Positions 36,131-46,253 of a stretch of DNA of 64,000 nt are shown here, one piece after another. Origin of the DNA: an uncultured virus (IMG/VR IMGVR_UViG_3300032087_004222). Taxonomy: Duplodnaviria; Heunggongvirae; Uroviricota; Caudoviricetes. How positions within the stretch are numbered: position 1 is the first letter of the stretch; the number at the start of each line of letters is the position of its first letter. Location: the IMG/VR virus record IMGVR_UViG_3300032087_004222; one strand, given 5' to 3'. Under the pieces are notes generated by a model. The model did no database searches. It saw only the letters and a program-made list of their open reading frames with translations, and was not told where the DNA came from. Position numbers and translations under genes: made by a program.

Positions 36131-36844
36131 ATGTCGGCGACAGGCAGCGTTCTGGTCGGCGCAGCGTTGTGGGGCCAGCACCTCTACAACGCTTGGAAGC
36201 CGAGGAGCGTCGGCATCTACGGAACCAGCATGGTCGGCAAGACGACGCTCGATCGCTACATGACCACCCCCGGTGAGATGGAGGACATCCCCGAGGAGGA
36301 GAGAACCAACCACTTTCGCATACTCAACCGCTACATGCTACCAAGGGCATCCAAGAAGAGGATCAGTTGGAAGGGCGAGAAGCGTGTCGTCAACTCCAGC
36401 GACATTGGGGGCCAAGAGCGGTTCTGGAACCTGTGGGTCGACGACATGGTGGCGAGGCAGGTCGAGGCCGTCGTCTACATGTTCGACGACAGGGCGTTCA
36501 AGGGGGGTGCAGCGGGAATGGAGCAGGTTGCTGGATTCAAGTACCTCGTTGACGTACTCGTAGGCAGGAATTATCGGTACAGGACACTGAGGAGCAGGTG
36601 GAAGGGGAGGAAGTACTCGCCGAAGGTCGTCATGCTGGTGGCGAACAAGGCCGATCGCTTCTTCGACGACAAGGCAGCGCTGCTCTGGCAGCAGGGGAGG
36701 ATAGGCGAGCACAAGGTGTTCGACCCCTTCCGAGACGACCTGATCAGGCTGCAGAAGGCGAACATCAGGAGCAAGCGGTCCTTCATGGCCACGCGCATAG
36801 GCTGGAACGTGGAAATAAGCATGCTCGACTTGCTGACCTCATGA
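36131..36844 (+). CDS. Ras-superfamily (Arf/Sar/SR-beta-like) small GTPase
   Basis: G1 GTSMVGKTT, G2 RT, G3 DIGGQERF..LW, G4 NKAD; hydrophobic N-terminal helix. Confidence 0.85.
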   Translation: MSATGSVLVGAALWGQHLYNAWKPRSVGIYGTSMVGKTTLDRYMTTPGEMEDIPEEERTNHFRILNRYMLPRASKKRISWKGEKRVVNSSDIGGQERFWNLWVDDMVARQVEAVVYMFDDRAFKGGAAGMEQVAGFKYLVDVLVGRNYRYRTLRSRWKGRKYSPKVVMLVANKADRFFDDKAALLWQQGRIGEHKVFDPFRDDLIRLQKANIRSKRSFMATRIGWNVEISMLDLLTS

Positions 36845-36890
36845 TTGACCCCATCAATAGCCTTTTGAATGAACAACGGATGCGACTCAC

Positions 36891-37085
36891 ATGGCCAAGA
36901 CGAATGGGGACACGGCATTGGTCTCCACAGGCGGTGGCTCGAACAGCCTCAGAACCACCGTCCCGATGTGGTTGGTCGAGCAGTTCTCGCTCGCTGCTGG
37001 CGACCGGTTGAACTGGAGGCTCGACACAGACGGAAAATCCATGTACATCAAGGTACTACCGGTCAAGGAGGGTGATCAGGCGTGA
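36891..37085 (+). CDS. AbrB/SpoVT/MazE-type DNA-binding protein
   Basis: GSNSLRTTVPMWLVEQFSLAAGDRLNW. Confidence 0.8.
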   Translation: MAKTNGDTALVSTGGGSNSLRTTVPMWLVEQFSLAAGDRLNWRLDTDGKSMYIKVLPVKEGDQA

Positions 37086-38023
37086 TGGGTGGAATCCCGA
37101 ATCCAATGGCCTCAGCACCCCAACAGTCACTCGGCGTCGTCAACGAGGCACACCTCATGGCACTCGCCGCACAGGGAAACCCACAACTCAACAGGGCAGC
37201 GCTCATGGAGCAGGCCTCCGCGCAACAGCAGATGCAGGAGATAGCACAGCAGAAGAACCTCGAGGTGCCCAAGGTCAACTTCTACCCAAGCACACACGCT
37301 GACCCGAGGAAGGCGAGGCGCAAGGACATCAGGCAGGCCTACAGACTACTTCGCCCAGCGAAGAGGAGGATAATCAGCCCAGCAAGACTACTGGGATCGA
37401 AGTACCTGTACAACAAGCAGACCCACGTGTGCGTCGTCGACGGGTGCAACTGCTCAGAACTCATACAGCACGACAACCTCTACGCCCGCATATGCGACGA
37501 GGACACAGGACGCAGCCTGTGGGAGATGTACTGGCAGAACCCAGTGACAGGGGAGCCATCGGCGTTCCTCGCCATGGACAGGGTCACGAGCGGTAGGAGG
37601 ATGAGGGGGACCTACTGCCCCGAGCACCTCCACCTCTACCACCTGCTGTGCAAGTGGGAGGCCGAGCAGGAGAAGGAGAACGAGATGCAGCCATCGAGGT
37701 TCAAGGACAAGGTGAAGCGAGGGGTGTCCATCGTCACCGTGCCGGTCTCGACCATGAAGAGGGACGAGATACCCGTCCCTGAGATGCTGGCGAAGTACGA
37801 GCCCTTCTTCGAGTTGCTCGAGAGGGACTCGAGGATGACCAAGGGCATCAACATCAACCACTACACGAACCCGATGACGGGACTCAATGACATCACCACC
37901 GTCACGTTCGATCTCAGGATATTCCAAGACGAGTTGGCCAAGATGCAGCAGCCGACACCAGCGTTCCAGCAGATAATTAATCAACAACCCCCGATCGTAC
38001 CACCCCCAGTAGGTGACCAGTGA
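37082..38023 (+). CDS. Hypothetical Zn-binding protein
   Basis: Q-rich N-terminus; CVVDGC and YCPEH. Confidence 0.7.
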   Translation: MMGGIPNPMASAPQQSLGVVNEAHLMALAAQGNPQLNRAALMEQASAQQQMQEIAQQKNLEVPKVNFYPSTHADPRKARRKDIRQAYRLLRPAKRRIISPARLLGSKYLYNKQTHVCVVDGCNCSELIQHDNLYARICDEDTGRSLWEMYWQNPVTGEPSAFLAMDRVTSGRRMRGTYCPEHLHLYHLLCKWEAEQEKENEMQPSRFKDKVKRGVSIVTVPVSTMKRDEIPVPEMLAKYEPFFELLERDSRMTKGININHYTNPMTGLNDITTVTFDLRIFQDELAKMQQPTPAFQQIINQQPPIVPPPVGDQ

Positions 38024-38655
38024 TGTTCGGATTCAACAACCAGCAACCAGCCCAATCCAGCACCCTCAACCTCTCACAGACCGGTGCACCACAGGCACAG
38101 GGGAACATGTTCGGCATGGGTGGCCAACCAGCGCAAACCGGATTCTTGGGCGGCATGTTCGCTGGTGCCGGGTACGGCGACCAGTACAACCAGTACTACG
38201 GACAACCAGTCGCACCACCCTCCGAGACGGAGATCCTCGACTCCATGCTCAAGACGCTCAACCCCGTTGACAAGTTCATCGTCAGCCCGCAGATGCCAGC
38301 GCTGATGGACATGCTCGCGTCCCTCGTCAGCATGTCGGTCCTCAACATCCTCAAGAACGCCAAGTTCGCGATAGACGATGACGATGGCTCGATGAAACTC
38401 GACATATCGTCCCTACCCTCCGACCTGCAGACGCTGTCAGCCGAGAACATCATGGCCCAGTTGTCCAACATGCAGAACTCCTCCAACCAAGTCATCCAAC
38501 AGGCGGAGATGCAGAGGCAGCAGGTCCTCTCCATGGCCAACCAGAGCATGATGGCCGGTGCGCTCAACGCAGCCATGGCCAACCCCGGACTCATGGAGAA
38601 CGTCGGGACCGGCATAGGCAGTTTCACCAGAAACCTACTGACAGGAGGAAGATAG
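38020..38655 (+). CDS. Gln/Gly/Phe-rich low-complexity protein
   Basis: FGFNNQQ..MFGMGGQ..FLGGMFAG N-terminus, helical C-terminus. Confidence 0.7.
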   Translation: MMFGFNNQQPAQSSTLNLSQTGAPQAQGNMFGMGGQPAQTGFLGGMFAGAGYGDQYNQYYGQPVAPPSETEILDSMLKTLNPVDKFIVSPQMPALMDMLASLVSMSVLNILKNAKFAIDDDDGSMKLDISSLPSDLQTLSAENIMAQLSNMQNSSNQVIQQAEMQRQQVLSMANQSMMAGALNAAMANPGLMENVGTGIGSFTRNLLTGGR

Positions 38656-38656
38656 T

Positions 38657-38902
38657 ATGATGAGCGGAGTACCGATACCATCCCAGTTCGCAGCCATGGG
38701 TCTCGACCTGTGGTCACCAAAGCGTAGCGTCGTCGTCGACATGGTCATGGTGCAACTGATCAGTCTCGTCCTCCTCATGCTCGGAGTGCTCGTCTTCAGG
38801 GCTAACGAGTTGTCCACCAACGAGGCCACGTTCTACCTCGTCGGACTCTTCGGCTCGATGATATTCCTATCAGCGGTTTATGCTAGAATTTCACGTATGT
38901 GA
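38657..38902 (+). CDS. Small two-TM membrane protein (holin-like size)
   Basis: Two hydrophobic helices within 81 aa. Confidence 0.65.
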   Translation: MMSGVPIPSQFAAMGLDLWSPKRSVVVDMVMVQLISLVLLMLGVLVFRANELSTNEATFYLVGLFGSMIFLSAVYARISRM

Positions 38903-38941
38903 AAGAAACGTTCATGTTTCGTGCTGCCTTAAGAACCACCA

Positions 38942-39625
38942 ATGGAGGGTGGGCCGCGCATCACAAAACGCTCCTGCGCCTTCTGCCAGAGCGATCAGAG
39001 GGACGAACTCGAGGAGATGCTCCTGTCCGGTGACATGACCGCCAAGCAGATGGACAAGGACATGGGATGGAGGGCAAACACAGCCGACCGGCACTACAGG
39101 AACCACATGGGTGAGTACCACATGGCGGCCAACCCGTCGTGTAAGGTATGCTCTCACCCACATCGCGCCGAGTTCGAGTCAAGGTACTTTCAGGACGGAA
39201 GTGAAAGTGAGGCAATTGCTTCTGAGTTGGAAGTATCCGAGTCAACGGTCTACCACCACATGAAGCACCACTTCCAACCACTCGTCCAGAGGACAGCAGC
39301 CGTGGAGGTCGCACTCACCGTCGGTAGGGAACTCGACACACTCAGGGGCAACGTCGAGAGGCTCAACGAGAAACTCAGCGAACTGCTCTCCGAGGGCTCT
39401 GTGCACGAGGACGGCTTCGTCCGTGACGCCGTCTCCCTGCACAAGGAGGTGAGGGAGTCCCTGAAAGACATGCTCAAACTCAACAACGACTGGGGTAGTG
39501 ACTCCAACGAGACCACCGTCAACCAGACGATCAACGTCCTGAAGTTGGAGATGTCGAAGGAGTCGCCCGAGACGTGGAGCAGGATACGGGCTCAACTCAT
39601 CGAGCAGGCGGGTGGGGACCTCTGA
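38942..39625 (+). CDS. Tandem CxxC...HxxxH Zn/HTH protein, candidate terminase small subunit
   Basis: CAFC...HYRNH and CKVC...HMKHH repeats plus a coiled coil; upstream of TerL. Confidence 0.5.
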   Translation: MEGGPRITKRSCAFCQSDQRDELEEMLLSGDMTAKQMDKDMGWRANTADRHYRNHMGEYHMAANPSCKVCSHPHRAEFESRYFQDGSESEAIASELEVSESTVYHHMKHHFQPLVQRTAAVEVALTVGRELDTLRGNVERLNEKLSELLSEGSVHEDGFVRDAVSLHKEVRESLKDMLKLNNDWGSDSNETTVNQTINVLKLEMSKESPETWSRIRAQLIEQAGGDL

Positions 39626-39630
39626 GGGAC

Positions 39631-40050
39631 GTGCAGCAGTACATCCAGATCAAGGACCTGCTCCAGCAGGACCACCCCGGATACGGCATGGTCAAGTCGA
39701 ACCACACCGGCATCTTCAGCGAGAAGGAACTTCCCCTCTTCCTCGACTTCGTCGCCCTCCTCTTTGAGCGGTTCAACTTCTACTTGGGTGACAGCGGTCT
39801 GCACGTCCTCGAGTTCGGCACCAAGATACCCATGCTCATCCAGAACCTCAAGACCATATGCGAGTCCGACGAGCCGGAGGTCGTGTTCCCCGTCAGGAAG
39901 GAGATGAGGGAGATCATACCACTCATCGAGCAGGAGTTCCATGGCATGGGCGACTGCTTCACGGAGCCACCGATGGTCAAACAATTCTATGAACGGGTAG
40001 CCTCTGCGCTAACACGCTCAGCGAAGTATCACATGGGGGAATCACAATGA
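39631..40050 (+). CDS. Hypothetical protein
   Basis: Probable GTG start at 39631. Confidence 0.55.
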   Translation: MQQYIQIKDLLQQDHPGYGMVKSNHTGIFSEKELPLFLDFVALLFERFNFYLGDSGLHVLEFGTKIPMLIQNLKTICESDEPEVVFPVRKEMREIIPLIEQEFHGMGDCFTEPPMVKQFYERVASALTRSAKYHMGESQ

Positions 40051-41276
40051 CAGAGGGCATGATGGGGCGTACTTCGGACACCCGGATCTACAACCCACGC
40101 TCTGAGTCCTCGACGATGTTCCGCAACAACGACGGTGACGGGAACTACAACCCCGGTGACCCGAAGTACGAGGACGAGGAGAAGCAGAAGAAGCAGAACG
40201 CACGTGAGAAGCAGGAGAAGAGGGAGAGGTCCCGCAAGCACATCAAGGTCAAGCCGAGGATGCTGCGCGAACTCGACAGCGACGAGGAGGGTCAGGACGA
40301 CTCCGAGAAGATCGACGCCGACAGGGAGATCCACGCACAGACCGGCGCTGCAGGGAACTTCGGGTTCCTATCCAGCCTCGCTGGTGGGGCCAAGGGACCG
40401 GGAGCCGCCCGTGGTGAGATGGTCGCCATGAGCGAGGCGATGGACGATGCTTGGTCCGAGTTGCTGAAGTCAAGTACCAAGGACAGGGCGAAGAGGCGGA
40501 AGAAAGAGGCGCAGAGCAAGTTCAAGCCCAGCACTGGTGAGTTCAAGAGGCCAGTCGGTGGCTACGACCCCAAGACGGCCACCAGCCGACGTGCCAAGTT
40601 CAAGTCGAGGGCGCTCGGTGGGAAGTCCAAGAGGACCGGCCTCGGTAGGGCACACCTCGCCGTCGAGATGGAGCACCGTGGCATCAAGACAAAGCAGCCT
40701 CTCAGGCTCGAGGACCCGAGGAAGTACATGCAGCAGATAGGGAGGCAGCAGGTCAGGGCCCAGCAGGGTCAGGTCCGAACACCCGCCTCCCCCTCCATCC
40801 CGCAGATAAGCGGCTACTCCACGAGGGGCATGCCGAAACCCAAACTCAGACCACACAGGGCACCACCGATCAACCCACCGATGATCGCTGGCGCACCGCA
40901 CCTGAACATGGGCGGAGGCACAACGGGCATGGGGATGGGAGCCCCTGCGCCTCCACCACCGATGCCGATCATGGCGAGCGAGTCGAGGCACTCGGGGTCG
41001 GACCTGCAGAAGCGCTTCGACTGGGCCACCATCCAGCAACTGAGGCACATGCTCGCAGAGAGCAAGAGGCTGCTGCGCGAGAAGGAGCGCAAGAGGAAGG
41101 GCAAGGGCGACGCAGACACGTCGGGTGGTGGGTCGAACCTACCCAACCACCCGTCCAACGGACCCAAGCAGACGACTCGTCCAGAGGGGGCGACCGAGAA
41201 CGCCAAGGACGACCCACGCCACTTCGGTGCTCACACCATCGGCAACGATGTTGGAAGGGGCGGTAGGACGGCATGA
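40047..41276 (+). CDS. Basic low-complexity protein with internal tag (candidate core protein)
   Basis: AMDDAWSELLK|S at 40440-40469; K/R-rich and P-rich segments. Confidence 0.7.
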   Translation: MTEGMMGRTSDTRIYNPRSESSTMFRNNDGDGNYNPGDPKYEDEEKQKKQNAREKQEKRERSRKHIKVKPRMLRELDSDEEGQDDSEKIDADREIHAQTGAAGNFGFLSSLAGGAKGPGAARGEMVAMSEAMDDAWSELLKSSTKDRAKRRKKEAQSKFKPSTGEFKRPVGGYDPKTATSRRAKFKSRALGGKSKRTGLGRAHLAVEMEHRGIKTKQPLRLEDPRKYMQQIGRQQVRAQQGQVRTPASPSIPQISGYSTRGMPKPKLRPHRAPPINPPMIAGAPHLNMGGGTTGMGMGAPAPPPPMPIMASESRHSGSDLQKRFDWATIQQLRHMLAESKRLLREKERKRKGKGDADTSGGGSNLPNHPSNGPKQTTRPEGATENAKDDPRHFGAHTIGNDVGRGGRTA

Positions 41277-43492
41277 GGCTGATACTCAAGAAGGGGTATC
41301 CGATTCTCAAGGGTGATGGCAATCACGGCGTCCACCCAGTGACCGGTGAAATCTTCTACTACGGCAACCCACCACCTGAGTTGTTTCACTCCGAGCAGAA
41401 CCCCCTCCATCAGGAGGGCTATGACAGGCCACTGTTCTCCCACTACGGTGAGTTGGGAATACCACAAGGTCGTTTCGTGGAGGGTGAGTTCGGGGAACCT
41501 GTTTTCCTCGACGAGCATGGTATCCAACACAGGCACGGCATCGACGGTGTGATCTTCAAGGTCGGCATGATGCTGAGGAAAGCCGGTCGAGACGACCTCA
41601 ACCCAGTCGACATCGTGCAGGAATCAATCCAGTTGTTCAACAAGGGGCACAACAACACGGAGGAGCACTCCCTACCAGATGTGGATAGCCCTGAGTGGAG
41701 GAGGTTGCGCTCGATGGACTTCCAACACGGGAGAAAAACATCACATGCCAAGGACATCAAGGTAAGGGGAGAGGGAGGGACACTCGCCACCGTCTTCACG
41801 AACGCAGGAAGGGGCAACTACAACCTAGGAAAGTTTCACGAGACGTACGCCATCCCATTCGCACCCTACCTAGCCGCCTTGTTGAAGGGTGGGGTTGGCA
41901 TCGACTTGAATAGGTATGACGAGGGTATAACCCACGGCTACATCAGCGTCGACGACCTTGCCATAAACCCCCAGACGGGTATGCCAGTCGGTAGGAGGAA
42001 GAGGGGCAGTCAGTCAGGTGAGACCCTTACCCCCCAAGGTCACGTGAATGACAAGTTCCTCAACGACATGGGAGTCACTGGGGGCGTGAAGGTACCAGAC
42101 GTCTACTCCCATGAGATGATCCACCACATGCCCGACGACCTTTGGACAGATGAGAGGAAAACAGGTAGGACGCTCGACGAGGTATCCATTGAGAGGATGG
42201 CCAATCACCTATTGACTGATCTCGACCAGTCCAAGATACCAGATGAACTCCTTGACAGTCCCATCACCACCGTTGGTGGTCAAATGACACTACGAGAGGC
42301 ACTGAATCCCACGCAAGGTGATAACGCCAAGAACCTAATTAGATACCTGAATAGAGCACCTAGCGCACTGCACTTCCTCATGGGCGACGTCAGCCAAGGC
42401 GTTGCCAAGAACATCTTCGACAGGATGACCAACGAGATACAGACACCGGAGGACAAGATGGGCGTCGATGACATGATGACCCACATGAAGGCAGGAAGGT
42501 TCTCGAATGAGTATCACAGGACAAGGAAGAAGGCTGCATCACACAAGATGGCCACCCAGATAATGGCCATGGCTCACCTCTTCGGGGAGAGTGGGGAGAT
42601 GCCCGGTGTGAGCGGGTTGAGGCACACTACCATGGGGTTGAGACCACACCCAGAGATAGACCAACTAAGACCGACGACGGAACTCCTAGCCGCAGCGATG
42701 TCACACGGTCTCGGCCACGTCCCGAACAGGGGACTATTGTCACCAGAGGACATGCCAACGTCTGCCAACGAAGGAAGGAAGCCGAGGGGGCTTCCCACTG
42801 GTGCCTTATCACACGATCTACCAGAGCACCTGTCACAATACCACATCGACTACGACAAGATGGCCCAAGTGCCTGTCGCAGATACACAGGGTCAACCAAC
42901 CGAGTATGCCAGAGTCAGGCGACCACCCACAGAGACAACACAAACCGCAGCAGCACAGACCGCAGCAGCACAGACCTCTGCTTCCACTGCAGCAACTACT
43001 CCTAGCGAGGAGTACCGACAAGCACAAGAGGCGTTCCGCTATGCGACTCCTGAGCAGGTGCGTCGTGTGTATGTGGCAAGGAGCGGTCTAGGGCAGCCGG
43101 GAAGGGCGCCAGCACCCACTGGTCCGATCACCCCACAGGAGCAGAGATTCCAGCAGACGCTGTCCGATCCGTACCAGCAGACTCTCGACCAGTACCTACG
43201 TGGTGACACCGCGCCCGTCGAGGACAGGCTCATCAAGGCGATGGAGAACCTACAGTACAAGGACGCCGCCAACGACGACGACGTCCGCAAGCACCTACCA
43301 TCCACGAGGCTCAGCGTCAGCAGCGAGGACGACCTCTCCTTCATGGCCGAGAGGATGAGCATCACGAAGCACGACGTCCGTGCCATCATCTTCTCCAAGG
43401 GGGATTGGCACCGCGTCGCCAAGACGTTCAACATGAGCCCCGTCATCGTCAAGGCCGTCAAGGTCGCGTTCGGGGGTGGTGCCGATGAGTAA
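41273..43492 (+). CDS. Large hypothetical protein, C-terminal HTH-like region
   Basis: 739 aa; ILK|G near the N-terminus and LIK|A before the C-terminal domain. Confidence 0.7.
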   Translation: MRLILKKGYPILKGDGNHGVHPVTGEIFYYGNPPPELFHSEQNPLHQEGYDRPLFSHYGELGIPQGRFVEGEFGEPVFLDEHGIQHRHGIDGVIFKVGMMLRKAGRDDLNPVDIVQESIQLFNKGHNNTEEHSLPDVDSPEWRRLRSMDFQHGRKTSHAKDIKVRGEGGTLATVFTNAGRGNYNLGKFHETYAIPFAPYLAALLKGGVGIDLNRYDEGITHGYISVDDLAINPQTGMPVGRRKRGSQSGETLTPQGHVNDKFLNDMGVTGGVKVPDVYSHEMIHHMPDDLWTDERKTGRTLDEVSIERMANHLLTDLDQSKIPDELLDSPITTVGGQMTLREALNPTQGDNAKNLIRYLNRAPSALHFLMGDVSQGVAKNIFDRMTNEIQTPEDKMGVDDMMTHMKAGRFSNEYHRTRKKAASHKMATQIMAMAHLFGESGEMPGVSGLRHTTMGLRPHPEIDQLRPTTELLAAAMSHGLGHVPNRGLLSPEDMPTSANEGRKPRGLPTGALSHDLPEHLSQYHIDYDKMAQVPVADTQGQPTEYARVRRPPTETTQTAAAQTAAAQTSASTAATTPSEEYRQAQEAFRYATPEQVRRVYVARSGLGQPGRAPAPTGPITPQEQRFQQTLSDPYQQTLDQYLRGDTAPVEDRLIKAMENLQYKDAANDDDVRKHLPSTRLSVSSEDDLSFMAERMSITKHDVRAIIFSKGDWHRVAKTFNMSPVIVKAVKVAFGGGADE

Positions 43493-44237
43493 GGTGCTCG
43501 TCCGCAAGCAGTTGGACCCGAAGCAGGCAGCCACCAACTTGGCTACTGTCGCTGATACCAGCAACTCAGGCACACTCACACAACTCGGCCTCCTCAACCT
43601 CCTTAGTGAACAAGAGCCACTCGCTTCTGCTGCCGCAGAGAAACTCGGATACGGCATGGACTCAGATGAGTACAGGAGATTGAAAACGGGGGAGAACATA
43701 GGAGGCGCCCTCGCTGGTGCATACGGTGGTTTCAGGGCACTGGACACACTCGCCTCCGGTAGGTCGCCGACCAGTGCGATAGGTGCTGGTTTTGGTGCGT
43801 ACGGCAACGTGCTTCCCCATGCTCGGAGGATCGGTGTCCGTGCTGCCAGCAGGGGCATGAAACCAGCAGAGCCAACACCTCAGGTCACAGTCGCACAACC
43901 ACAGCCATTCAGGCAGCCGACACCACAGGAGGCTAGGGTCAATAGGATAGACCCGAACCAGAACATCTTCACATACCCATACACAGGCAGCCAACTACCT
44001 AGGAACATGCCAGAGATGGCGGGTCCCACACCCGAGGATAAAGCCGAGGGTTTCTCTGCTGGTCAAGAGGCGGTCTTGTCCCGGCAGGGCAACCAATCAG
44101 GCAATGTCGCAGTCGTTCAAACAAACTCCAAGGGCAAGGGGATGACCGAGGAGCAAATGAGGATGCTAATGGACAACTCACTGGACAGATTCATGGACAC
44201 TGAGGCCAAGCAATCGGGTGCAGTGCAGGGTGCGTGA
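43485..44237 (+). CDS. Gly/Ala-rich protein (candidate ejection/pilot protein)
   Basis: IGGALAGAYGG and AIGAGFGAYG glycine-zipper-like motifs. Confidence 0.6.
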   Translation: MSKVLVRKQLDPKQAATNLATVADTSNSGTLTQLGLLNLLSEQEPLASAAAEKLGYGMDSDEYRRLKTGENIGGALAGAYGGFRALDTLASGRSPTSAIGAGFGAYGNVLPHARRIGVRAASRGMKPAEPTPQVTVAQPQPFRQPTPQEARVNRIDPNQNIFTYPYTGSQLPRNMPEMAGPTPEDKAEGFSAGQEAVLSRQGNQSGNVAVVQTNSKGKGMTEEQMRMLMDNSLDRFMDTEAKQSGAVQGA

Positions 44238-44238
44238 T

Positions 44239-45729
44239 ATGAGCAGTGAGGGCGTCAAGCAGTTCGTCGTCGAGATGGACAGGGAGATGTCCAAGAAGTC
44301 GTTCAAGTACTTCTTCACCGAGATACTGGGGTTCCACTACAGCCACCACCACGAGATGTGGGAGAAGGGGCTCAACGGTCACAGGTACTACTGCGTGAAG
44401 GCTTCCCGTGACCACGGTAAGTCCACCCTGTTCATGTCGTACGCACTGTGGCTGGCGGCGTTCAACCCCGGAACGCACATCATGATCTTCTCGCACTCGC
44501 TCGAGCAGACCCTCGAGCACATGCGCTTCATCCGCAACAACATAGAGAACGCGGACTGTCTGAGGGACCTCAAGCCGGAGGGCAAGCCTTGGGCCAAGTC
44601 GTACTTCGAGTTCACCAACGGCAGCCGTATGATGGCGAAGTCGGTCGGTGGTGCGACTCGTGGGTTCCACCCAGACGTGGTCGTGTGCGACGACATCCTC
44701 TGGGGCACCACTGGGACGGAACTGCAACGCGCAGCCGACTGGTTCTACGGCGTCCTTCTACCTGTCCTGCACCACTCGAGCCGACTGATGATGGTCGGCA
44801 CCCCGTTCTCGTACAACGACCTGTACGCTGAGTTGGAGCAGAAGGAGACGTTCAAGGTCGAGACCTACCCGGCCATCAACAGCGAGGGGATCGCCCTGTG
44901 GCCAGAGCGGTGGGACCTCGATGCCCTCGAGCAGAGGCGCATGTCCATGCCAGCCATACAGTTCTCGCGTGAGTACCTGTGCGAGCCGATCCACGACGTC
45001 GCGAGCATGTTCCCGATGGACATACTGGAGGCCGCACGTGACGAGGAACTCGTCCTCATCGACAGGGCGGAGACGTTCTACAACGACCAAGGCGAGGCGG
45101 ATGGCGTGTGGGGGCAGCACTTCATCGGCTGGGACCCAGCGATCTCGTCCGACAAGAACGCCGACTACACGGCCATGACGATCATGAGGTACCTAGGTGA
45201 CGACGACATCAAGCAGATCGTACACGTCGTTCACGAGAAGGGCCTCGGTAGCCATGCGCAGAGGAACCTGATGCTGTTGCTTAATAACAGGTTCAAGCCG
45301 GAGTTGATCGAACTCGAGGGCAACAACTTCCAGCGGATGTTCGAGGCGGAGTTGCAGGACATGAAGGCCGACATACCGATCCGCACGTTCATGACCACGC
45401 GCACGAAGAAGGAGACCCTGTTCATGTCGCTCCTCATGGCGTTCGAGCAGGGCAAGATCAGACTCCCATACGGTGATGAGAGGAGCAAGCAGTACACCCA
45501 CAGGGTCGAGGAGGAACTGAACCGGTTCGGCATGCAGAAGAACGGCAGGCTCGAGAGCGTCGGCGTCAACGACGACTTGGCGATGAGCCTCGCCCTTGCC
45601 AACTGGGGGACGAAGGAGTTCAAGGGCAGCGTCATGCTCCTTGACGACATCCTACCCGGATTCGACGATTGGATGGGAGGCAAGGACCATCGAAAGTCAA
45701 ATTACGGGAGCCCTTGGATGATACCATAA
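44239..45729 (+). CDS. terL: Terminase large subunit
   Basis: Walker A ASRDHGKS, Walker B VVVCDD, VGTP, nuclease IGWDPA and DDLAMSLALA. Confidence 0.95.
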   Translation: MSSEGVKQFVVEMDREMSKKSFKYFFTEILGFHYSHHHEMWEKGLNGHRYYCVKASRDHGKSTLFMSYALWLAAFNPGTHIMIFSHSLEQTLEHMRFIRNNIENADCLRDLKPEGKPWAKSYFEFTNGSRMMAKSVGGATRGFHPDVVVCDDILWGTTGTELQRAADWFYGVLLPVLHHSSRLMMVGTPFSYNDLYAELEQKETFKVETYPAINSEGIALWPERWDLDALEQRRMSMPAIQFSREYLCEPIHDVASMFPMDILEAARDEELVLIDRAETFYNDQGEADGVWGQHFIGWDPAISSDKNADYTAMTIMRYLGDDDIKQIVHVVHEKGLGSHAQRNLMLLLNNRFKPELIELEGNNFQRMFEAELQDMKADIPIRTFMTTRTKKETLFMSLLMAFEQGKIRLPYGDERSKQYTHRVEEELNRFGMQKNGRLESVGVNDDLAMSLALANWGTKEFKGSVMLLDDILPGFDDWMGGKDHRKSNYGSPWMIP

Positions 45730-45738
45730 GGTGATGCT

Positions 45739-46092
45739 ATGCAATGGGAGTTCTGTGACTGCTGCACACCCATGCAACAGGCCTCGTTCGCATTGCTGGA
45801 CGGACACTTCGAGAAGGCCAAGAAGAAGTCCAAGCCCTTCCACGGCTACAACCCGAAGAGGCACCACAGGAAGGGTGGCCTCAATGCGGCTGGCCGTGCC
45901 AAGTTCAAGAGGGAGACTGGCGCGAACCTGAAGCCCCCAGTGACGACCAAGCCATCCAAACTCAAGCCCGGAAGCAAGAGGGCCAAGAGGCGGAAGTCGT
46001 TCTGCGCTCGCATGGGTGGTATGAAAGGACCAACCAGCAAGGACGGCAAACTCACACCGAAGGGCGCTGCGCTCAAGAGGTGGAACTGCTGA
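45739..46092 (+). CDS. Small basic phage protein with Cys-rich leader
   Basis: GGLNAAGRAKF...NLKPPV...RRKSFCARM; leader ends FEK|A. Confidence 0.7.
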   Translation: MQWEFCDCCTPMQQASFALLDGHFEKAKKKSKPFHGYNPKRHHRKGGLNAAGRAKFKRETGANLKPPVTTKPSKLKPGSKRAKRRKSFCARMGGMKGPTSKDGKLTPKGAALKRWNC

Positions 46093-46253
46093 TGGCACTG
46101 AAGAAGGACAAGTGCTGTTGCGGCGCCACGAAGTCCAATCCGTGCAAGTGCATGGAGATAGGGGGGCAGTGCTCTCCCAAGGCACCCAAGTGCCCGTGCT
46201 ACAAACTACTCCATGCGCAGCAGAGCGTCAAGAAGATGGTAGGTGTCATCTGA
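46092..46253 (+). CDS. 53-aa Cys-rich (metallothionein-like) peptide
   Basis: Translated by hand: MALKKDKCCCGATKSNPCKCMEIGGQCSPKAPKCPCYKLL.... TGATG overlaps at both ends. Confidence 0.55.
   Translation: MALKKDKCCCGATKSNPCKCMEIGGQCSPKAPKCPCYKLLHAQQSVKKMVGVI

Noticed and set aside
42944..42976. 15-bp tandem repeat ACCGCAGCAGCACAG
   Set aside because: An in-frame TAAAQ duplication in a disordered linker; ordinary slippage.
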